Shown here piece by piece: positions 29,421 through 33,483 of a stretch of 33,483 bases of DNA. Position numbers and translations under genes: made by a program. A model generated the notes under the pieces. The model saw nothing but the letters and a program-made list of their open reading frames with translations. It was not told where the DNA came from and did no database searches. Location: the sequence record DRR378314_1934; one strand, written 5' to 3'. Within the stretch, counting starts at the first letter, position 1. Each line of letters begins with the position of its first letter.

Positions 29421-30083
29421 TCAGTGAAGTGTCTGTCCTGGCTCGTTGTCGGGAATGGATTCATCCCCGTCTTCGCCTGTGTCCCGGGCCGGAGATTCGA
29501 ATTCGATCTCAGCCTGCATGTTCTTTTCGATTTCCCGCCCGATTTCCTCGAGATCCCTGATTTCTGACAGGGGAGGCATCTGGTCCAGACCTTCAAGATT
29601 GAAGTAGTCCAGAAACTGGCGGGTTGTGGCGTACATGGCGGGCCTGCCGGGCACGTCTCGGTGGCCCACAACCCTCACCCACTCCCGCTCAAGCAGTGTT
29701 CGCACGATGTTGCTGCTGACAGTGACACCACGAATGTCCTCGATCTCACCGCGGGTGATTGGCTGGCGATAGGCTACCAGCGCTAGCGTCTCCAGTAGCG
29801 CACGGGAATACCTCTGGGGTTTTTCCTCGAACAGCCGGCCCACCCAGGGTGCGAATTCTTCCCTCACCTGCAGTCGGTAGCCGCTGGCAATTTTTTTCAG
29901 TTCAAATCCCCGCCCCTGGCAAGACTGCTCCAGCAACACCAGAACATGTTCCATCACCTGGCGAGCCGGGCGATCACCTTCTTCAAACAGATCTCGCAGT
30001 TGATCAACCGATAGCGGTTTGCCTGCAGCCAGTAACGCGGCTTCGGTGATGGCCTGGATTTTACGGAGGTTGTCTTCATTCAT
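29421..30083 (-). CDS. scpB: SMC-Scp complex subunit ScpB
   Basis: SRALLETLALVAYRQPITRGEIEDIRGV, PGRPAMYATTRQFLDYFNL. Confidence 0.96.
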   Translation of the reverse strand: MNEDNLRKIQAITEAALLAAGKPLSVDQLRDLFEEGDRPARQVMEHVLVLLEQSCQGRGFELKKIASGYRLQVREEFAPWVGRLFEEKPQRYSRALLETLALVAYRQPITRGEIEDIRGVTVSSNIVRTLLEREWVRVVGHRDVPGRPAMYATTRQFLDYFNLEGLDQMPPLSEIRDLEEIGREIEKNMQAEIEFESPARDTGEDGDESIPDNEPGQTLH

Positions 30084-30922
30084 ACCGCTCTCGCCCTGAC
30101 ATGGATCGGGCCCAGCACCTCGGCCTGGACCACTTCGATCAATTGCTCCTTGACCAGCTCCAGGGTTGCCAGAAAACTCACGACAACCCCCAGTCGCCCC
30201 TCCTCCGGGGTGAACAGGCTTTCAAACGTGACGAACTGATCATCTCTCAACACAGACAGTATCGCGGACATCCGCTCACGGGTGGACAAACGTTCCCGCT
30301 CCACATGGTGGCTCGTAAACAGGTCCGCACGCTTGAGCACGCCCTGGAGAGCGAACAGAATTTCCCGCAGGTCCACATCGGGATGAGGTTGGCTGGACGG
30401 CATCCGGGGTAGCGCTGCTGAGGCGACAAAATTGTCCCGCTCAAGCCGTGGCAATTCATCAATGTCCTCGGCTGCCTGCTTGAACCGCTCATACTGCTGG
30501 AGCCTGCGTATCAACTCCGCCCTTGGATCAATATCCTCTTCATCCTCGGATTCCTGTCTTGGTAGCAGCATTCTGGACTTTATCTCCGCCAGCGTTGCCG
30601 CCATCACCAGATACTCGGCCGCCAGTTCAAAGCGCATGGCTTCAACGGCACCGATATAGTCCATGTATTGTTTGGTGATCTCACTGACGTCGATATCGAG
30701 GATATCCATGTTCTGCCGCCGGATAAGATACAAAAGCAAATCCAGCGGCCCCTCGAACGCTTCCAGAAATACAGCCAGGGCATCGGGGGGTATATAAAGA
30801 TCACGGGGCAGGTCAACCACCGGTTTCCCGGAGACCTTTGCGAGCGGAGCCTGCTCAGCTGCAGGCATAGGGGCGTCCGCGCCCTCCTCTGCCGCTGTCT
30901 TGCCTGCGCTGTCGTCCGTCAT
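30080..30922 (-). CDS. scpA: Kleisin ScpA
   Basis: FEGPLDLLLYLIR, AAEYLVMAATLAEIKSRMLLP, VVSFLATLELVK; 4-bp overlap with scpB. Confidence 0.96.
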   Translation of the reverse strand: MTDDSAGKTAAEEGADAPMPAAEQAPLAKVSGKPVVDLPRDLYIPPDALAVFLEAFEGPLDLLLYLIRRQNMDILDIDVSEITKQYMDYIGAVEAMRFELAAEYLVMAATLAEIKSRMLLPRQESEDEEDIDPRAELIRRLQQYERFKQAAEDIDELPRLERDNFVASAALPRMPSSQPHPDVDLREILFALQGVLKRADLFTSHHVERERLSTRERMSAILSVLRDDQFVTFESLFTPEEGRLGVVVSFLATLELVKEQLIEVVQAEVLGPIHVRARAV

Positions 30923-30951
30923 GGTGTCTCCAGAATCGTCATCGCCGGGGC

Positions 30952-32166
30952 TCAGCGATAGCTCAGCCCCATGGCCGCCCGAACTTCCTCCAGGGTATCC
31001 CTGGCAGCATCCCTGGCGCGCTCGCAGCCTTCTTCAATAATGGCATGAACCAGATCCGGGTTGTTTTCATACTCGAGGGCACGCTCATGCAGTGGGCGCT
31101 GCTCCTCGATAATCGAGTCGATCAGCGGCTTCTTGCACTCCAGGCAACCGATTCCCGCTGAACGGCAGCCGGTTTGCACCCATTCCTGGGTATCCGCATC
31201 GGAATAAACCTGATGAAGACCCCAAACCGGGCATTTCTCCGGCTCGCCCGGATCGGTCCGTCTTACCCGCTGGGGGTCGGTCTGCATGGTGCGGATCTTC
31301 TGGGCGACGCTGTCAGGGTCCTCACGCAGGCCGATGTAGTTATTGTAGGACTTGGACATTTTCTGGCCGTCCAGCCCTGGCATTTTCGATTCCGGCGTCA
31401 GCAGGGGCTGGGGCTCGGGCAGGATCACCTTGCCACCACCTTCAATATAACCATACAGCCGCTCACGATCGCCCAGGGAGATGTTCTGTTGCTCCTTGAG
31501 CAAGGCCCTCGCCGTTTCCAGGGCTTCCATGTCGCCCTCTTCCTGGTAACGCTTCTTCAGGGTGCGATAGAGCTTGGCGTTCTTCTTGCCCATCTTGATG
31601 ATGGCGCCCTCCGCCTGCTCTTCAAATCCAGGCTCGCGGCCGTATATATGATTGAAGCGGCGAGCCACTTCCCGGGTGATTTCCACGTGGGACACCTGGT
31701 CCGCCCCCACGGGAACCCGACCGGCCCGATACATCAGGATATCCGCGCTTTGCAGCAGCGGGTAGCCCAGGAAGCCATAGGTGGCGAGGTCTTTCTCACG
31801 GAGTTTTTCCTGCTGGTCCTTGTACGTCGGCACGCGCTCAAGCCAGCCCAAAGGCGTAATCATCGACAACAGCAGATGCAGCTCCGCGTGCTCGGGCACC
31901 TTGGACTGGATAAACAGGGTGGAAGACCCCGGATTCACGCCGGCTGCCAGCCAGTCGATTACCATATCCCAGACGCTTTCCTGAATACCGCTGGGGTCGT
32001 CATAATTGGTGGTCAACGCATGCCAGTCAGCAACGAAGAAGAAACACTCGAATTCATGCTGGAGTTTTACCCAGTTCTTCAGAACACCGTGATAGTGGCC
32101 AAGGTGCAACTTGCCGGTGGGACGCATGCCGGACAATATCCGTTGCTGGGAATCGACAGAACTCAA
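30952..32166 (-). CDS. trpS: Tryptophan--tRNA ligase
   Basis: SGMRPTGKLHLGH, YPLLQSADI, VPVGADQ, KMSKS; TTG start with AGGAG eight nt upstream. Confidence 0.96.
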   Translation of the reverse strand: MSSVDSQQRILSGMRPTGKLHLGHYHGVLKNWVKLQHEFECFFFVADWHALTTNYDDPSGIQESVWDMVIDWLAAGVNPGSSTLFIQSKVPEHAELHLLLSMITPLGWLERVPTYKDQQEKLREKDLATYGFLGYPLLQSADILMYRAGRVPVGADQVSHVEITREVARRFNHIYGREPGFEEQAEGAIIKMGKKNAKLYRTLKKRYQEEGDMEALETARALLKEQQNISLGDRERLYGYIEGGGKVILPEPQPLLTPESKMPGLDGQKMSKSYNNYIGLREDPDSVAQKIRTMQTDPQRVRRTDPGEPEKCPVWGLHQVYSDADTQEWVQTGCRSAGIGCLECKKPLIDSIIEEQRPLHERALEYENNPDLVHAIIEEGCERARDAARDTLEEVRAAMGLSYR

Positions 32167-32222
32167 AGCATGAACTCCTTCTATTTATAGGGAACAGCCA
32201 TCATATTGCAGGCTGACCGCGC

Positions 32223-32251
32223 ATTATAGTCTTATGTGTGGCCCGCGTTAA
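32223..32251 (-). promoter_or_regulatory. sigma70 promoter for trpS-scpA-scpB-rluB
   Basis: Minus strand TTAACG-17 bp-TATAAT followed by GC-rich GCGCGG. Confidence 0.7.
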
Positions 32252-32282
32252 GGCGCCATTGAAAAACCTGTCGTTGGGCCGT

Positions 32283-32329
32283 GAAAACAAAAAGCCCCCG
32301 GCAGTCCGCAAAGCAGACCCGGGGGCTTT
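32283..32329 (-). terminator. Intrinsic terminator after sucD
   Basis: Minus strand AAAGCCCCCGG...CCGGGGGCTTT stem with inner GTCTGC/GCGGAC pairing, followed by TTGTTTTC. Confidence 0.85.
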
Positions 32330-32346
32330 CATGTACCGGCGTAGGT

Positions 32347-33219
32347 TTACCAGCCAGTCACTTCCTTCAGCGCCTTACCGATTTCGGCAAGACTGCGCAC
32401 GGTTTTAACACCGGCGTCGTTCAGCGCGGCAAATTTTTCATCGGCCGTACCCTTACCACCGGAGATAATCGCACCGGCGTGGCCCATACGCTTGCCAGGA
32501 GGCGCTGTCACACCAGCGATGTAGGAAACCACCGGCTTCGTGACATTGTCCTTGATAAACGCAGCGGCTTCTTCTTCGGCGGTACCGCCAATCTCACCGA
32601 TCATCACAATCGCTTCGGTCTGCGGATCGTCCTGCAGCAACTGCAGAATATCGATGAAGTTGGAGCCCGGGATCGGGTCACCGCCGATACCGACACAGGT
32701 GGACTGGCCGTAGCCAAAGTCGGTGGTTTGCTTGACCGCTTCATAGGTCAGCGTACCTGAGCGGGACACAATGCCCACCTTACCCGGCTTGTGGATATGG
32801 CCCGGCATGATGCCGATCTTGCTCTCACCCGGCGTGATCACGCCTGGGCAGTTCGGCCCGATCATGCGCACACCCTTACGATCGACGTACTCTTTTGCGT
32901 AGAGCATATCGATGGTCGGGATACCTTCGGTGATGCAGACAATCAGCTGGATACCAGCGTCAGCTGCTTCAACGATGGCGTCTTTACAGAACGGCGCCGG
33001 TACGTAGATAACGGTGGCTTCCGCGCCCGTCTTCTCGACCGCTTCACGCACGGTATTGAAAACCGGAAGGCCAAGATGCTCGGTACCACCCTTGCCGGGG
33101 CTTACGCCGCCAACCATTTTGGTGCCGTACTCAATGGCCTGCTCAGAGTGGAACGTGCCCTGTGCGCCGGTAAAGCCCTGGCAGATAACCTTGGTGTCTT
33201 TGTTGATCAGGATGCTCAT
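32347..33219 (-). CDS. sucD: Succinyl-CoA synthetase alpha subunit
   Basis: [41 protein letters not shown] phosphohistidine motif. Confidence 0.98.
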   Translation of the reverse strand: MSILINKDTKVICQGFTGAQGTFHSEQAIEYGTKMVGGVSPGKGGTEHLGLPVFNTVREAVEKTGAEATVIYVPAPFCKDAIVEAADAGIQLIVCITEGIPTIDMLYAKEYVDRKGVRMIGPNCPGVITPGESKIGIMPGHIHKPGKVGIVSRSGTLTYEAVKQTTDFGYGQSTCVGIGGDPIPGSNFIDILQLLQDDPQTEAIVMIGEIGGTAEEEAAAFIKDNVTKPVVSYIAGVTAPPGKRMGHAGAIISGGKGTADEKFAALNDAGVKTVRSLAEIGKALKEVTGW

Positions 33220-33483
33220 TATTTACCCCCCGCGGCTTTAACGACTTGCTCTGCCGCATTCGACAGACTGGTGGCGGCAATGATGTTCAGGCCGCTGTCG
33301 GCGAGTACTTTCGTGCCTTTCTCGGCATTGTTGCCTTCCAGACGCACGACCACAGGAACCTTAACGCCAACGTCTTTCACGGCGCCGATGATGCCCTCGG
33401 CAATCATGTCACAGCGAACAATACCGCCGAAGATGTTGACCAGTACGGCTTTCACGTTGTCGTCAGACAGGATGATCTTGAAC
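33219..33483 (-). CDS. sucC: Succinyl-CoA synthetase beta subunit, 3' end only
   Basis: [24 protein letters not shown]; stop overlaps the sucD start by 1 bp. Confidence 0.96.
   Translation of the reverse strand, partial: FKIILSDDNVKAVLVNIFGGIVRCDMIAEGIIGAVKDVGVKVPVVVRLEGNNAEKGTKVLADSGLNIIAATSLSNAAEQVVKAAGGK

Noticed and set aside
31679-31694. parS-like ATTTCCACGTGGGACA inside trpS
   Set aside because: Three mismatches to TGTTCCACGTGGAACA and explained by codons for VSHVEI; the similar partial match in flgA is weaker.
32163-32171. ATG-CTT-TGA mini-ORF overlapping the trpS TTG start
   Set aside because: The ATG is only 3 nt from the Shine-Dalgarno sequence, too close for efficient initiation, and there are no Trp codons to suggest attenuation.
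31174-32190. 338-aa plus-strand ORF
   Set aside because: Antisense shadow of trpS.

Overview
Core chromosomal segment of a GC-rich gammaproteobacterium; gene order, acidic proteins and sequence style suggest Marinobacter or a relative (inference). From left to right: the 5' part of a tRNA-Ser (minus strand, cut by the window edge); a single-chain BC-BCCP-CT acyl-CoA carboxylase with an isochorismatase-family hydrolase; a Blc lipocalin; a leucine dehydrogenase plus NSS transporter unit behind a LiuR-type box and a ~400-nt structured leader; an MFS transporter; cheV-cheR divergent from flgA-flgM-flgN; an unusual MshEN-containing protein; a cyclophilin; mnmC; a CBS-domain protein; a 917-aa acidic lipoprotein; gntR-smc-zipA-ligA; a diguanylate cyclase; trpS-scpA-scpB-rluB; and sucD with the 3' end of sucC. 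No mobile element, CRISPR array or defence system is evident. The best novelty candidate is the gene at 12707-13444: a complete c-di-GMP-binding MshEN motif placed in front of an internal signal-peptide-like segment and a DUF6160/FilA-like exported domain, located just downstream of flgN. Other notable signals are a sigma28 promoter on the CBS protein, a sigma54 promoter on the diguanylate cyclase, the ldh leader with a small ORF, and a 4-Cys Fe-S-type motif in TrpRS. All family assignments were made by eye from motifs; no searches were run.
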